Source: Salpingoeca rosetta
Lineage: Eukaryota > Protista > Choanoflagellata
DNA: 64,000 bases
Reading direction: 5' to 3'
Assembly: GCA_033442325.1 (NCBI GenBank)
Contig: JAWQFM010000021.1
Span: 1,021,692 to 1,085,691, forward strand
This document shows positions 48,257 through 62,620 of the stretch, in pieces. The position numbers and the translations under genes were made by a program. Below the pieces are notes generated by a model. That model did no database searches and was not told where the DNA came from. It saw nothing but the letters and a program-made list of their open reading frames with translations. Positions within the stretch are counted from its first letter, which is position 1; every line of letters begins with the position of its first letter.

Positions 48257-49778
48257 TCACTTCTTGCCCTTGAGGCCGGCACCCGCGTTGAACTTGAAGA
48301 AGATGATGTCGCCATCCTGCACGACATACTGCCTTCCCTGCTGGCGGTACTTGCCAGCGGCCTGCACGCATGGAAGAGGAGGAGAAGGAGGAGGAGGTTG
48401 GATGGTTGGATGGTTGGTTGGTGGTTTGAGTGTGTCGTTGCGGGTGAGTTGTTGTGGGTGAGTGAAGAAGCAGGAGGCGAAACGAACATGCGGGGAGAGG
48501 GAAGGGGAATAGGTATGTAACGTCTGGCAAACAGGCATCGGTTAAAGTCACAACTTCCCAGTTTCCACAACCACACACACCCACACACACACCCACACAC
48601 ACACACACACCCTCCAACACACGAACCTTGACGCCTGCCTCTGTTCCGTGCTCCTTAAAGTCGGCAAAGTTCATGACCTCAGCCATGATGAAACCCTTCT
48701 CAAAGTCTGTGTGGATCTTTCCTGCAGCCTGCGGCGCCTTGGTGCCCTTCTGGATCGTCCATGCACGCACCTCGTCCTGCGTGTGTGTGTGTGTGTGTGC
48801 GTGTGTGTGAGTGTGTGTGTGTGGTGGGGGTNNNNNNNNNNNNNNNNNNNNNNNNNNNNNNNNNNNNNNNNNNNNNNNNNNNNNNNNNNNNNNNNNNNNN
48901 NNNNNNNNNNNNNNNNNNNNNNNNNNNNNNNGCCTACACAGCACGCACGCGCGCGCACACCCACACCCACCCACACACACACACACACACACGACACACC
49001 TCTGGATCTCGTGCTCCTTGCAGAACTTCTCGCGCTCTGCGTCGTCGGGGAGGCAGGCGAGCTGGAACTCCACATCCGCGCTGTATGGGATGATGATGGC
49101 GTTCTTCTCGTGCTCGTCAACCCACTCCTTGATCTTCCCCAGCCACTTGTTCTTCTTGCGCTTGAAGTCGCGCTCGGAGAGGTTGACCAGGTAGATGACG
49201 GGCTTGGCCGTGAGAAACAGGTGCTCGTTCAACACCTCAATCTCGGAGCGCGACCACTCCCCATACCGAATGTCCTTGCCTTCCTTCAGGTGCTTCTCAA
49301 TCTTCTCGTAGATCTCAAGCTCCTTCTTCTTCTTCTTGTCGCCGCGCTCCGCCAGCTTGCGCACGTTGTTCGCCAGGTCCGACGCCTTGGCCAAGTCCTT
49401 CATGCGCAGCTCGTTGCTGATGATGTCCAGGTCGCGCACGGGGTCGACCTCGCCCTCCACGTGCGAGATCTCCGTGTCCTTGAACGCGCGCACCACGTGG
49501 TAGATGGCGTCGCACGCGCTGATGTTGGACAGGAACGCATTGCCGAGGCCCTGTGGAGATGCAAGAACGGGTGTTTGGTTGGGGGAGGGGGAAATGAGCA
49601 CCAATCAAAGTTGACAACGAAAACAAGGAAGAACCAAGAAAGAAGAACGAAGAACGAAGAACGCAGAACGAGCATTGAAGACAGAAGAACCAAGAAAGAA
49701 GAACACAGAAGTAGATACAAAACACATAGACACATAGACACAGACACACAGGCACACACCACCACCACCACCACCACC

Positions 49779-49826
<48 letters not shown>

Positions 49827-50589
49827 CAAACACACATACGCACCAGGCCCTCGGAAGCGCCCTTGACGAGACCGGCAATGTCCATGACATGGAGAAAGGC
49901 GGGGATCTTGGAGGGTGGCTTGAAATGCTCGCACAGGTAGTCAAAGCGCTCATCCGGGACAGGCACGCGCGCCTCGTTGGGGTCTGCAACAACCCATGAA
50001 AAAAGAGCGGAGGCGTCAGCGAGTGAGTGAGTCAACATGGCTCAGCGGGGAAGTGCGTGCGCAAAACTACTGTTGTTGTTGATTGGATTGCAGGGATAGA
50101 TAACACGGCGTCTGCAAGTGGCCGCTCACCCTTTGTGCAGAAGGGAAAGTTCTCGGCGGGCGCCTCGCTCTTGGTCAAGACATTGAACGTGGTGGACTTG
50201 CTGCACGCCACACACAAGCGAGACACACGACACGGACAAAGCATCCGCAACAGGCACACACCGATGTGAGCGGAGGGGGAGGGTGCGTACAACACACAAA
50301 CAAAGCACTCGTTGCCACACACACGCACACACGCACACCCACACGCACACACGCACACCCACGCACACACACCCACACGCACACACACCATCGAAGAGGT
50401 GCCAGATCGGGGCACATGCATACAACAGAAACAAAATGCACCCGTCTCTCCACACTCAGAGCCTCCACTCTCCAAAAAAACGCACCCGACGTTGGGGAGG
50501 CCGACGATGCCAATCTTGAGGGAGGTACCGAAGCGGCCGAGGAGAAGAGGGCCGTCTTCTTCAGACTCCTGCTGCTTCTTGGGCGGCAT
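48257..50589 (-). CDS. OLA1: Obg-like ATPase OLA1/YchF
   Basis: MPPKK...[78 protein letters not shown] and [14 protein letters not shown]. Confidence 0.96.
48832..48931. other. Assembly gap, probably hiding an OLA1 exon
   Basis: N run. The conserved OLA1 segment expected between ...HEIQ and DEVRAW (the YFFTAG region) is not visible. Confidence 0.9.
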
Positions 50590-51257
50590 GGTGCTTTTCT
50601 TCTTCTTCTTGGTCTTCTTCTTCTTTGCGGGTGGGTCTGTGCTGAGCCCGAAGTTTGTGAACGAGCGAACGGTGGTTACAGCGATGCGGGGTGTTGCTGG
50701 TGTTCGAAGGCAGGACGCGACAACGTTGGTGGCGTTGGTGTTACAGCAGCAGCGAGGCGACAGCGATAATACGGGGACAGCGGAAGCAGCAGTGCGTGCA
50801 CTCCTCAACCAAAGCGCAAAACAGCCCATGTGGTAATGTGTGGTGGCAGGAGAGGACAATTTGCCACGACACCAACGGAATTTCCAGCCATGTGTGTGTG
50901 TGTGTGTGTATCGCGCTGTCTTTCTCCCTCTCTCTGTCTCTCCCCCACACCTCTCACCTCCCTCCTCTCTTCGTCTCTATTCCTGTCGCAGGCTTCATGC
51001 ATCATTCATTCACAAGAAAAGGGAACAGACAAAGAAGCAGGTCAATTACGTGTCGCTTCAACAAAAGCAAGGGCAAGCAAGCAAGAAGGGTGAAGACAGC
51101 AAGCAATACAACTGCGTGCTGTGTGGTGTTGTGGGTTGCGTGTGTGAGTGTGTGTGCGTGTGTGGGAAATGTTCCAGCAAGCACAAAGACAGCACCTATG
51201 AAATGGAAACGGAACAAGGACGGGAGAAACCGAAGGAGGCACCCCTCGTCACAGGGG

Positions 51258-53195
51258 TTAATCTGCCTCGTCGCTGCCAAACAAGCTCTACATTGGCGTG
51301 GTGCCGTGGCGTGCGACACGCGCATGTGCAGTGGCGTGGGTTTGGTGAGTGCATGGGGAGTGCAGGGTTAGGAGGAAGGGGGGGGGGGGAAGAGACCCCG
51401 CAGATGAGCATACAAATATGCGCACACACACCCACACCCACACACGCACACACATACACCCACACCAAAACACACACCCACACACACGCACACATACAAA
51501 CACACGCATGCACGAACGCGTGGCCACTGAGCAAGGTGCGCACCTGGAGGGAATCGTAGTTGATTTTGCTTGATTTCTTCTCCTCTGTCTTGAGGCGCTG
51601 GTGGGGGAACAAAATAACACGCGCACAGCAGCAGCGGTGACGAACAGGACAGGTCAAGGGGTGAGGGAAGGACGGCGTAGTTGGCTGCACACACACAAAC
51701 GGACACACAGACAGATAGACAGACAGGCACACACACACACACACAATCATACACACACACACACAATCATACACACACACACACAATCATACACACACAC
51801 ACACACACACACAAGCACGCGAGCATGTGTGCCCTACCTCGCGGGCAGCGCCACGGTGGTGCTTGTGGTCTGGGAGGCGGGGCTGGTTGCGGCGCTTCTT
51901 GGGTTTTTTGGGCGCATTCGCCTCTTCCTCACGCTTCCGCGCCTGCCGCTCAAGATAGTCCTGGTTGTTCTGATGTGGCATAATTGGTGTGTGTACATGT
52001 GTGCATTGTGTGTGTGCGTGCGTGCGTGTGTGTGTGTGTGAGTGCGTGTGCGTGTGTGAGCGCGTGTGTGTGCGTGCATGTGAGTGGGGACTTGTTGCGA
52101 TGACTTGAGAGAGATTGACAAAGCTACGGGAAACGCAAAGCACGCGCCATGCACACGAATGCAAGTGCTCACCTGTGTCCAAATGACTGTCTTGACCTTG
52201 ACTTCTTCGTCGTTCAGAATGTGCTGTTCGTGGGATGGGCACAAGTGAGGAAGATACAGTTGGGTGCACGAAGAGCAACAGAACAACACGACTGCCCCAA
52301 AACAACATGCAGGTGCGCGTGTCTATGTGCGCGTGTGCATGTGCGCGCGTATGTGTGCGTTTAAGTATGCGTGTGTGTGTATGCATTTGTGTGCACATAT
52401 GTGCGTACATCGGCGAGTTCGTCGTCGTCGCTGTCGTCCGAGAGCTCATCGTCGTTTGTGGGCTGCTCCCACGCCCGCCCGCTGCCGTGCTGCTTCGTCC
52501 GCTTCGGTGCAGGCTCCCCGTCACCGCCGCCGCGCGCCTGAGGGGGGAGGAGGAGGAGGAGGAGGAGGAGGAGGAGGAATGAAAGAAGGGACGATGGGGA
52601 GTGAGGACATGGGGTGGTGGATGAGGGGTGGTGGAGTGTGGAAGGCGGAGAACAAGACTGGGTCATAAACACACATACACAGAACGCACGGCTTTGGGGG
52701 ATGTTGAGGTGCTTGACGCCTTCTGCAATGACGATGACGACGATGCAGTTGACTGTGGTGATGTGGATGCACCTTGCTGCTGCTCTTCCCCGTTTTGTTG
52801 CTGCTGTTCCTCATCGTCATCTTCTTCATCACCATCACCATCACCATCACCTTCGCCATGCTGCTGCTTCTGTCCTGCGCGCAACGCCCCTGCCGATGCT
52901 TCCGCTGCAGTTGCTGGTGCGATTGCAGTTGCAGTTGCTGCTGGTTGTGCGGTTCCCCATACCGGGTGGGGCTGTATTGCGGGCGTGACCTCGCCGTCGA
53001 GCGACGCAAACTCCGCCGACGCCGCCAGCCGCTCGCACTCCTCAACGGCGCTCTGAAGCGCAAGCTGTCGCTCCTCCTGTCAGCATGGTGGTCGTGGGTG
53101 TGGTGTGGGGATTAAGTGGGTTGGGGGATGAGCCAGTGCATGTTCGTCCATGCATGCAGGCATCATGTGTCTCCTTCATTCAAGGCGCACGCAGG

Positions 53196-53258
<63 letters not shown>

Positions 53259-54264
53259 ACACCACACCTGGCTCTTCTTGAAGGCGGGCGGGTCGGCCTC
53301 GCCCTCGAGATCAATGGACATGAACTCATCCATCGTCAGCCGCGCAGACGGCGTCTCCGCAAACTCATCCAACCTGCAGGTTGGGGGTGATCAGGGGTGG
53401 TGGCGAACATGGCGGTGGGGTGAGCAGAGGGAGACAGAGAGGACAGACAGACAGACACAAACAGACACAGACACAGACACAGACACAGACACAGACACAG
53501 ACACACGCAGACAGACAGACAGACACGCAGACAGACAGACACACCCACACACACATCCCATTTCTCTTCCCAAACGCACCGTTTCCTGACGGTGGAGGAG
53601 CAGACGCGGACGGCGTGAACAACGTCCTTCTGCGAGCGGGCAAACCCGTACATGCGCGCAGCAAGCAAGAGCGCAGCGCCACAGATGCCGGCGGGGCGGC
53701 GGCCAACGTGGAGCCAATCGCGCTTCATGCGAGACACAATGCGGATAGCGGTGCGGCCAATGTCGTGCTGCTTGTCTCCGAGATCAAGCTGCATCACAAA
53801 CCGCGGCAGGAACAGCACAGGGTCTGCCGGCGGTCGGTGACGGTGATGGTGATGGTTGGTGGCGGTGGTGGTTGTTGGTGATGGTGAGTGTGTTGTGTGA
53901 AGGGATACGCACACACACACGCACACACACACATACACACACACACACACTCACACTCACTCTCTCTCTCTCTCTGTGTGCACTGCCAAAGGAGAGGGCG
54001 CGTGTGTTTGCATGGTGATTCATGCACACGGTGACGTTTGTGTGTAGTGGGGACAGGTGCTGTACCGATGACGGGAAGCGTGATGGAGAGTTTGAGGCGA
54101 AGGCTGAGGAAGGTTGATGCAAGCTTGTACACGTTCACCTGATCAACAACAAAACAAAACCAGCCGCACATGTGAGGGAGGTGGGAGCATGTACGGGCTG
54201 ATCTGAGCAGCTGCACAGGATCATCGCCAAGCCACAAAAACGGACAACACACCGAGACGGAAGT

Positions 54265-54319
<55 letters not shown>

Positions 54320-54349
54320 CACAGACAAACAAGCAAGCACACACACACA

Positions 54350-54418
<69 letters not shown>

Positions 54419-55368
54419 GCACACGCCCCTCACCCCCCCCCCCCCCACACACAGGGCCGTACCCTGAGAAAGTCTGCGAAATCGAGAAGCATGAGCATGG
54501 AGCGCTCCTCGCGACAAACAATGTAGAGGCAGCACGCAGCCACGTGCTCGCTTGGGCGGCCCGCCGTGAACTTCTGCTGCGCTGCCATCCGGTAGTACTT
54601 GACGGCTGCGTCAATGTGGCCCTGGTTGAGCTTCATGTTGCGGGCCATGTTCTCAATATGTTGTCGTCCTAGAAGGAATGACGTGGTAGGGGGGATGTCA
54701 GTGCGTACGTTGATTCGTGTGTGTGTGTGTGTGTCTTGTGTGTGTGTGTGTGTGTCTTGTGTGTGTGTGTGTGTCTTGTGTGTGTTCAGGTGCGCAAAGT
54801 GTTTGCTTCATATGTGCATGTACGTGTCCAATGTACACGTTGTGTGCATACTGGGGCGAGAAGGTGTGCTGTTACGCGTTCTCGTATCGTGTGCGCCCAC
54901 TGTAGCCCTCCCTCACCTCTTCTCACCTGTGTTGACGGCTGTGACGATGGAACTTCTCGGGAATCCGCGCAACCCGCCAATTTGACCTGATGACGTTGGG
55001 CGAAATCGAGCCACAAAAACAATAGGAAAAAAGGGGTGAGAAGACACGCAAGCAGGGAGAGAAGAATCACAGAGTAAACTGCCACATACATACACCATAG
55101 CCAGGCACACGCAATGAAGTATGTGCCCCATGCCAAACACACACACACACACACGCACCCACACACACACTCACTCACACACACACACACGCACACTCAC
55201 TCACGCACCGTCTGAGCCGACATATTGTTCCACGACGCTGCTGTCTTCTGTGTAGGTGACCTCTGAGACGATAATGCTGTCCTCCAACACGGTGCCGCAC
55301 ACCGTACACGTGGCCGTGCCACGATCCTCCTCCACAGCATCGGACCCACAACTCGGGCACGTCGACAT
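51258..55368 (-). CDS. BRF1: TFIIIB subunit BRF1
   Basis: Zn ribbon MSTCPSCGS...CTVCGTVLEDSIIVSEV, cyclin folds (FTAGR...VAACCLYIVCR; DPVLFLPRF; RMKRDWLHVGRRPAGICGAALL), DPPAF, ILNDEEVKVKTVIW and KKSSKINYD. Confidence 0.93.
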
Positions 55369-55687
55369 GGCTGGCTGTCTTGCTTGTTGTGTTGGCGTTG
55401 TGCGCGTTTGTTGTTTGTGTGTTTTTGCGCGCGGAGAGAACTGCTGCTGCACGCGACAAGAAATTTTGAAATACGCATCTGCGATTCCATGCACAAACAA
55501 CAGCCAAATCACGACAGCGACATACAAAAACACATAAACGTTGGCGTGCGTTGATCAGCGAGCGGACACAGCGCCAACCACAACCACACAACACAACTGC
55601 CCGCTTGACTGAACAGCGCGCGCGCGTTTCTCCTTTGTCCTTGTGCATTTGCTGCGTCGCCGTCCCGTTGCTCCTCGCCCCGACAGC

Positions 55688-57835
55688 ATGCCTCCAAAGA
55701 CAAGAACTCCGGCCTCCTCCAGGCAGAGAAAGCGTGTTAAGACAAGGCAGCGCACCCCGCTCAAAACCTCTTTGTACGACAGTGTCCTGCACTTGCTTGT
55801 TTTCTTTTCTTCTGCACCACTTGTTGTGTTTGCTGTTGCGATGTGTGCGATGTGTGCCAACTGTTGTCGTCCGCATCCGCTGTGGTTGGCGGTGTTCTTG
55901 TGGCATGGCACTGGTTCGCCGCTCACGCGAACTGAGTTGCTTGATTGCCACTTTGACACTGGCCACAGAACATCCAACTACAGCGAGGAGGAAGCTCTGA
56001 AGGCGTTCCAGCGTTATGCAGGTGGGTTAACACTTTGTCTTGTCTTGGCAGCTGTTCTTTGCTGTGGATCGTTGTTGTCCACAACGACACGCGAACGACT
56101 ACTGGCCATTATGGCGCGCTGTGCCCCACGGTGCCTGTGGTGTCATCATGCTTCTTTGTCGTGTTGCCTGGCGTGGTGATGCAGGTGACGAGGACAAGTT
56201 TGGTGTGGATGGCGTGCTCAAGTTCTGCGAAGACCTCAACGTTACCCCAGAAGACGTACGGACGCAATTATCAGTTTTCATGGTGTACCACTCTTGTGTG
56301 CGTGTGTGTGCGTGTGTGTGCGTGTGTGTGTGTGTGTGTTGAGGGTGCACTCTTGTGTATTGTCCTCAGTCCACGTGTTGCATGTGTTGTGTTGTCAGTG
56401 CCCGTGTGTCGTGGCTTTGTCATTGCTGCTGCGTTGCCTGATTGCTGGAAGTCAACTTGACGCCACCCACTACCAGTGCCAGTCAAGTCACTGTTCTGTC
56501 GCCCTGGCTGCGAACAACTGATTGCTCAGGTGGCTGTGCTTGTGCTGGCATACAAGGCTGAGTGCCAGCAGATGGGCTGCTTCACCAAAGAGGAGTTCCT
56601 GCGCTGTTTCCGCGTCATGGAGTGCGTTCCCCTTTTATCATTTGCTTCTTTTTCATCACACTTGCCTACGCAAGTCACAGCCAACCTCCCCCCCCCCCAA
56701 AAAAAAAGATCAATCCCTGCAGATCCTTGTACACTGCCGTCTCCCCTGCGGTACCCTGGCCCCCACCTCACACCAGCCTTATGTCCCTTTTCGCGCGCCT
56801 TTGTTCTTGTTTCCTCCCATTGTTTTATCATGGCAACCTTGCCTCGTATCTGTGCAGTGTCGCCACCCCGGAGCAGCTTGCGTCGAAGATCGCCGACGTG
56901 CGCGACGAGCTGGACGACCCGGCTGTGTTTCGCGCCGTGTACCGCTTTGCATTCAAGTACGCGCTCTCCACCATCCACCCGCCGGCCCGCAACTTGGACC
57001 TGTCGACGGCAAAGGAGATGTGGCACGTGCTGCTCGCCCGCCGCTGGCCGCTCACCCACGACTTCTTCGCTTTTCTCGACCATAAGGCTGCAGCGGTACG
57101 TTGCGTGTTTCATTTATGCTGTCGGTGGGGCTGTACTTGCTGCTGTTGATGTGGCTGTAATTGCTGCGCAGCAATTGCTGTCGTTGATGTGCTGTTGGGG
57201 TGATGGTGAGTGTGTTGCCTTGACTGCATACCATTTCGTACAAGCTGTCTCCCCTCTCCCTATCCATATTTTCCCAAAATCAAGCGTCAATTGTTCTCCG
57301 CCACTCACGTCACGTCACCGCTTCCCCGTCCCCAACGTGTCCTGTGCTGTCAGAGCAAACGCCCCGTGGTGATTACGCGCGACCAGTGGTTTGGTGTGCA
57401 CGACTTTGCTGTCCACGTCGCCCCGGACCTTTCGTCCGGATACAGCGAGGACGATGCATGTACGACGCGCGTGTACTGTTGTGTTGTTGTTCTTGTTGTT
57501 GTTGTGTTGTGGTGTTGCGTGTGTTTTGTTGTGTTGCGTGTGTTGCATGCGTGCGTTTTTGTGTTACGCGTGTCATGTGTATGGTTTTGTTGTGTTGCGT
57601 GTGTGTGTCTGCGTTGCTTGCATGCGCCGACGCCCACATCACACGCTCATGACCTTGCATCACAACCACAGGGCCTGTGCTGCTGGACGAATTTGTAGCG
57701 TGGAAGCGAGAGCGCGACGCTCAGCAACAACAGCAACCACAACAACAGCAAAGCGAAGAGCAAAGAATAGGGCAGGGGAAGCATCACTACTACCAGCACC
57801 GTCAGGTTGGCAATGGTGGTGGTCATCACCAATAG
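55688..57835 (+). CDS. DCN1-like neddylation E3 (PONY domain; DCUN1D4/5-like basic N-terminus)
   Basis: GVDGVLKFCEDL..PED, VLVLAYK...QMGCFTKEEF, FRAVYRFAF, RNLDLSTAKEMW, ITRDQW and YSEDDAWPVLLDEFV. Confidence 0.9.
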
Positions 57836-57883
57836 CACACATCCATCAGCTGCCGTGGCTGCAGTTGCTTTGTGCGTGCGCGC

Positions 57884-57923
<40 letters not shown>

Positions 57924-58936
57924 CTGCAGTTGTTTCGTGGGTGCGCGTGTGTGTGTGTTTCCTCTGTTTGGTAATCGATCCTTCCACATCCTTCCACATG
58001 TGTGTGTGCGTGCGTGTTCAATAACAGCGTAACAGCAGCGTTTAATGTGTCGGAGCTCACGAGGTGAAGCAAACAAGCGAGCAAAACAGCGAGCGAGAAC
58101 TGAACGGGGGACACATCTAGAGAATAGCGCGCGCACACACAAACACACAAACACACACACAAACACACACACAGACACACACACACACACACACACACAG
58201 ACAGACACACACACACACATACAGACGCTGAAGGGCATGGGAGGAAGCGATGATAGCAGGGAGAACGTGGCGGTGAGAGGAGCAAAGACGAAAGAGTGAA
58301 GCAAACACAAACACACACATATGGACAACCCTCCCATGACACACTACGCGTGTGACTGTGGCCATCAGTCCAACAAAATTAAATACGCTTCAGCCGGTGT
58401 TCGCACCGACACCACAATCCAATCAACCGACCAGTCCCACCTCCCTTCTCCAACGCCCAGCCCGCACCAGCCAAAGCCAACGCGAATGCAGCAGCCACAC
58501 ACGTGTGTGTACCAACACCACCACCACCACCACCACCATCATCATTGCAACGACAGCAGCAGCAGCAGGAGCGTCGACAAAGCGTCGCGTGCGCGCGCGT
58601 GTGCGCAAACGAATGACGACGGTGATGATAGGGTGGCGGCGTGGTTGCTTGCAGGCAACAGAGGAGGGCGGTCGTGGGCAATCGGTAGCCAAAGGGGGTG
58701 GAGACGGTGGGAGGACGTGGTGTCCTAAGACAGGGCTATTTTTGGTCATCACATGGCCACAGATCACCACGCACACAGACAGACAGACAGACAGACAGAC
58801 ACACACATGCACACACACATGCACACACACAGACACAGACACAGACACAGACACATGCACACACACACACACGCACACACACACACACACACAAACGACC
58901 AACCTGTGTGCGCCCATGATGCGATGACAGCAGCAT

Positions 58937-59629
58937 TCACGCCTGCTTCTTGGCCTTGTTCGTCTTCTTTGCAGCAGCGGGAGCCGTCGTCAGCTCGTCC
59001 ACATCAGCGCCCCTGCTCTCCGCGTGCGTGTGCGCGTGTGTGCGGAGTGCGAGTGGGGCGACGATGGGAGACGCAGCCGACAGCACAAATGCCGCAAACA
59101 CACACGCGCGCACGGCCGTGGACGCCAGCAGCGAGGGCGAATCCGCAGCAGGCAGCAGCACGCTGGTGTGCGTGTGTGCCCGCGCGTGTGTGTGTGAGCG
59201 TGCGGGTGTGTATGGAGAGTGAGTGCGATGAAAAAAGAAAAGAAAAAAGAGTGTCGAGTGGATGATAAGACGGCATGGCGCGCTGGTGCTTGGTGTTGGG
59301 GATGAGCAAAACCATCATTGCATGCACCAGAGGCGTTTCCCAAGAGATACAACAGCAGTGGCTGTGCAGGCGTGCTGCTGCATGTGGGCCGTACAAGAGG
59401 GTGGCGGCGGTGATGGCGGCGATGGAGAGGAGAAGAAACGCACGCAGCACCGGCGTCCACTTCACACTGCGAAGAAGAACAAGGAGGAGGCGGAGGAGGA
59501 GGAGGAGGAGGAGGAGGCGGAGGAGGAGGAGGAGGAGGAGGAGGAGGAGGAGGAGGAGGTATGAGGAAGGAGGAAGTGTAATTGGTGAAGACATGCACGC
59601 ATACAGACGCGGAGAGTGCAAACACAATT

Positions 59630-59697
<68 letters not shown>

Positions 59698-61837
59698 CTC
59701 ACTCCTTCCACCGCGCACATGAGGCGGATGAGGTCGGCGACGCCAAAGGAGGACTGGGACTTGAACCAGTTGGGCATGTCGGAGCCGCGTTGCTTGCAGG
59801 CAAACGGAAACAACACAGCAGACGTGTCGACAACGGCGAGGACGAGGTGGTGCAGGAAGAGAACAACCATGGCAAGGCGGTTGTACCTGTGCGGCGGACA
59901 CCACAAACACAAAAGGACACACGAGAAGTGGCATGCACGTGGCACGCGGGGGGGGGGACGTGGCAAGGCGAGTTGTGAGGGACAAAGCACAAGGCGTGGT
60001 TACAGCTATGGTGTGGAAGGGGCTCAAGGGATGCGTGTGAAGAGGGCGCGTGACAGAAGACAGCGACCAGCCAATCAACCCATCCGCCACCACCTCAACC
60101 ACCTCGATCACCTCAATCACAAATAACCATCGCCAACGCACGCAGCGCAACTGACAGGAAGGTGTACGCGACGACAAAGGCGAGCGCGTGAGTCAGGGGC
60201 ACAATAAATCGGGCAGTCTCCAGGGGTTTCTTCTTGGTCATCTGCAGGTGCTGTTGTTGGTGGTGGCAGGAAGACGCAACGCCCGAGTCCAAGGCGTGTT
60301 GGTATCAGTAGGTGTCGCAGCAACACGGTGCGACAGATGCACACAGAAGGACAGATACACAAAGGGAGGGGCCACAGCACACAGACACACACATACACCT
60401 ACACACAGACACACATACATACACAGGCACACACATACATACACAGACACACAGACACACCTACACACAGACACACATACATACACAGACACACACAGAC
60501 ACACAGACACGCAGACACACAGACACACAGACACACAGACACGCAGACACACAGACACACAGACACACACACACACACAATACACGGACAGCGCACCCTC
60601 TGCACGTTGACGAGCTGTGCGGAAAAGGCAAAGTAGGCGATGTTGGTGAGGAGAATCATCTTGGTGCCAAAGGTCATGCTATGCGGGAAGTCGACTGTCA
60701 GCCACTCCTGCCACGACAGGTTTGCTTCCTCGTCGCCGCCGCTACCATCCTCTCCATTGCGGGTCATCGTTTCCTTGGGCGCCTGCCAAAACCAAGAGTG
60801 AGCGAGTGAGTGAGTGTGAGTGAGTGAGTGAGTGAGTGAGTGAGTGAGCGAGTGAGTGAGTGAGTCAATGTGTGTGTATGTGTTTGTGTGGTTTCCTTGA
60901 GTTGACAAGTGGCTTCAGTCACCATGGCCAGCAACGCACCGCTGTGAGAGACTGGACGATGAAGATGACATTGAGGACATGTGCGAGGGCGTCGCAGGCC
61001 GTGAACATCCACGTCGCCTGCTGATACCGGTCGACAGCCAGCAACTTGCTCGCGCGCTGCACCATCATGTCGACAAGCAATACCGTGTGAGCCAAGGAAC
61101 AGCATGTTTGAGCCAACGCACTCGACACACTGCCAACAACAATCTTCAAACTCAACACGAGTGCAGGCGCTGAGCAACAGTCGTCACCACTGCCTGCTGC
61201 CATGTCCACCACCACAAGCTCCATCACAAGCCCCACCACAGGCACAGTCGATGCAAGGAGTGAAGGCGACATTACCCGGAGGACGAGATCGCGCACAAGC
61301 TCGTGGACCGCATAGGAGCAGCCAGCCACAAACAACAGCAGAAGCACATCCATGGGGCCCGTCGTAAACCGCGCACTGCCTGCACATGGTTTTGTGTGTG
61401 CGTGTGCGTGTGCGTGTGTGTTTGTGGTGAAATGCGGGAGGGTGATTGTTTCAAGGCGAGAACGAGAGCGTTCGCAAAAACGCAACTGAAAGCAAATACA
61501 AACAACTCCACACACACACACACATACACATACGCACGCAACACTACACGCACGCACCTGGCTCATCTGTGCTTGTGGTGTTGTGCGACGGGTAGGTGAC
61601 GGCGAGCCCCAGCGGCCGCGTCGGTGGGAGGATGCAGAGGAGCAGTGGAATGGACACGGCGATGGTGGCGCAGTCGCCAGGGTTCGACTTCATCACCTTC
61701 CAGAAGAAGGCAAAGGACCACTCAAACTCAAGATCGCCCAAACCAAGATTCCCAAGCATACCAGCAGCACCGCCACCGCCGCCGCTGCGGCTCCCAGCAG
61801 GGCGCTGTGGCCGTCGTGAGCGAGGAAGCTTTGCCAT
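58937..61837 (-). CDS. TRAM1: TRAM1-like TLC-domain ER membrane protein
   Basis: Multi-TM exons with [35 protein letters not shown]...QRMTKK and [18 protein letters not shown], paralleling TRAM1 motifs. C-terminal KKQA is a KKxx ER-retrieval signal. Confidence 0.72.
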
Positions 61838-61995
61838 CTGTGTGGATGTGTGTGGATGTGTGTGGATGTGTGTGGATGGAGATGTGTCGAGCGACCTTGT
61901 TTGCTTCCTCCACTGGCTGTCGACGATTGATGAATGATATCAGATATTTCTCCACAATCAACACAAGCAGCAGGAACACAAGAACGGGTTGAAGA

Positions 61996-62566
61996 ATGAG
62001 TGGCGCAAGTCTTGGTGAGGACGTGGGTGCTGGTGCTGGCGCCACGATTGAGGACGAACGCCAAGACGATGCGGTGGTGGCAGACGCCGCGGAGGGGAGC
62101 GGCGATTGGGTGAAGCCTGTGAGTGCAGCACGAGTGAAGGAGTGGGTGCAGCGCCGAAAGGAGCGCCATGAGCTGCGCGAGAAGCACAAGGCTGCGCCCA
62201 AGGAACGGCCCAACCGAGCGTTCTTCAAGGCGCTGGATGGCACGGTGAAGAAGACGACGGCGTTTGTGAAGAAGCTCAAGTCCGCCATCACCGAGCAACA
62301 GCGGTCCTCCGTCATGGCTGACTTTGAGAAGCTCAACCTGACCAAGTTCCTGAGCGAGGTGGCAGGCTCGCTGGCAGAGGCTGGGCTCACCAAGAACGCG
62401 GATCTGCAGACAGCCGTCACCCTTGCGTCCGCCATGCACTGCCGGTACGCGGAGTTTGATGAGGCCTTGCTCGACGCCCTCAAGAACACCCTCACTCTCC
62501 CTGAGCCAGACGACAAGGATGCCATGGCGTCCTTCAGGTGCGGCCACTGCGTGTGTGTGTCTGTGT

Positions 62567-62620
<54 letters not shown>

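Noticed and set aside
57836-58936. Extra gene between DCN1-like and TRAM1
   Set aside because: Only low-complexity ORFs are present; most likely convergent 3' UTRs, possibly with a UTR intron.
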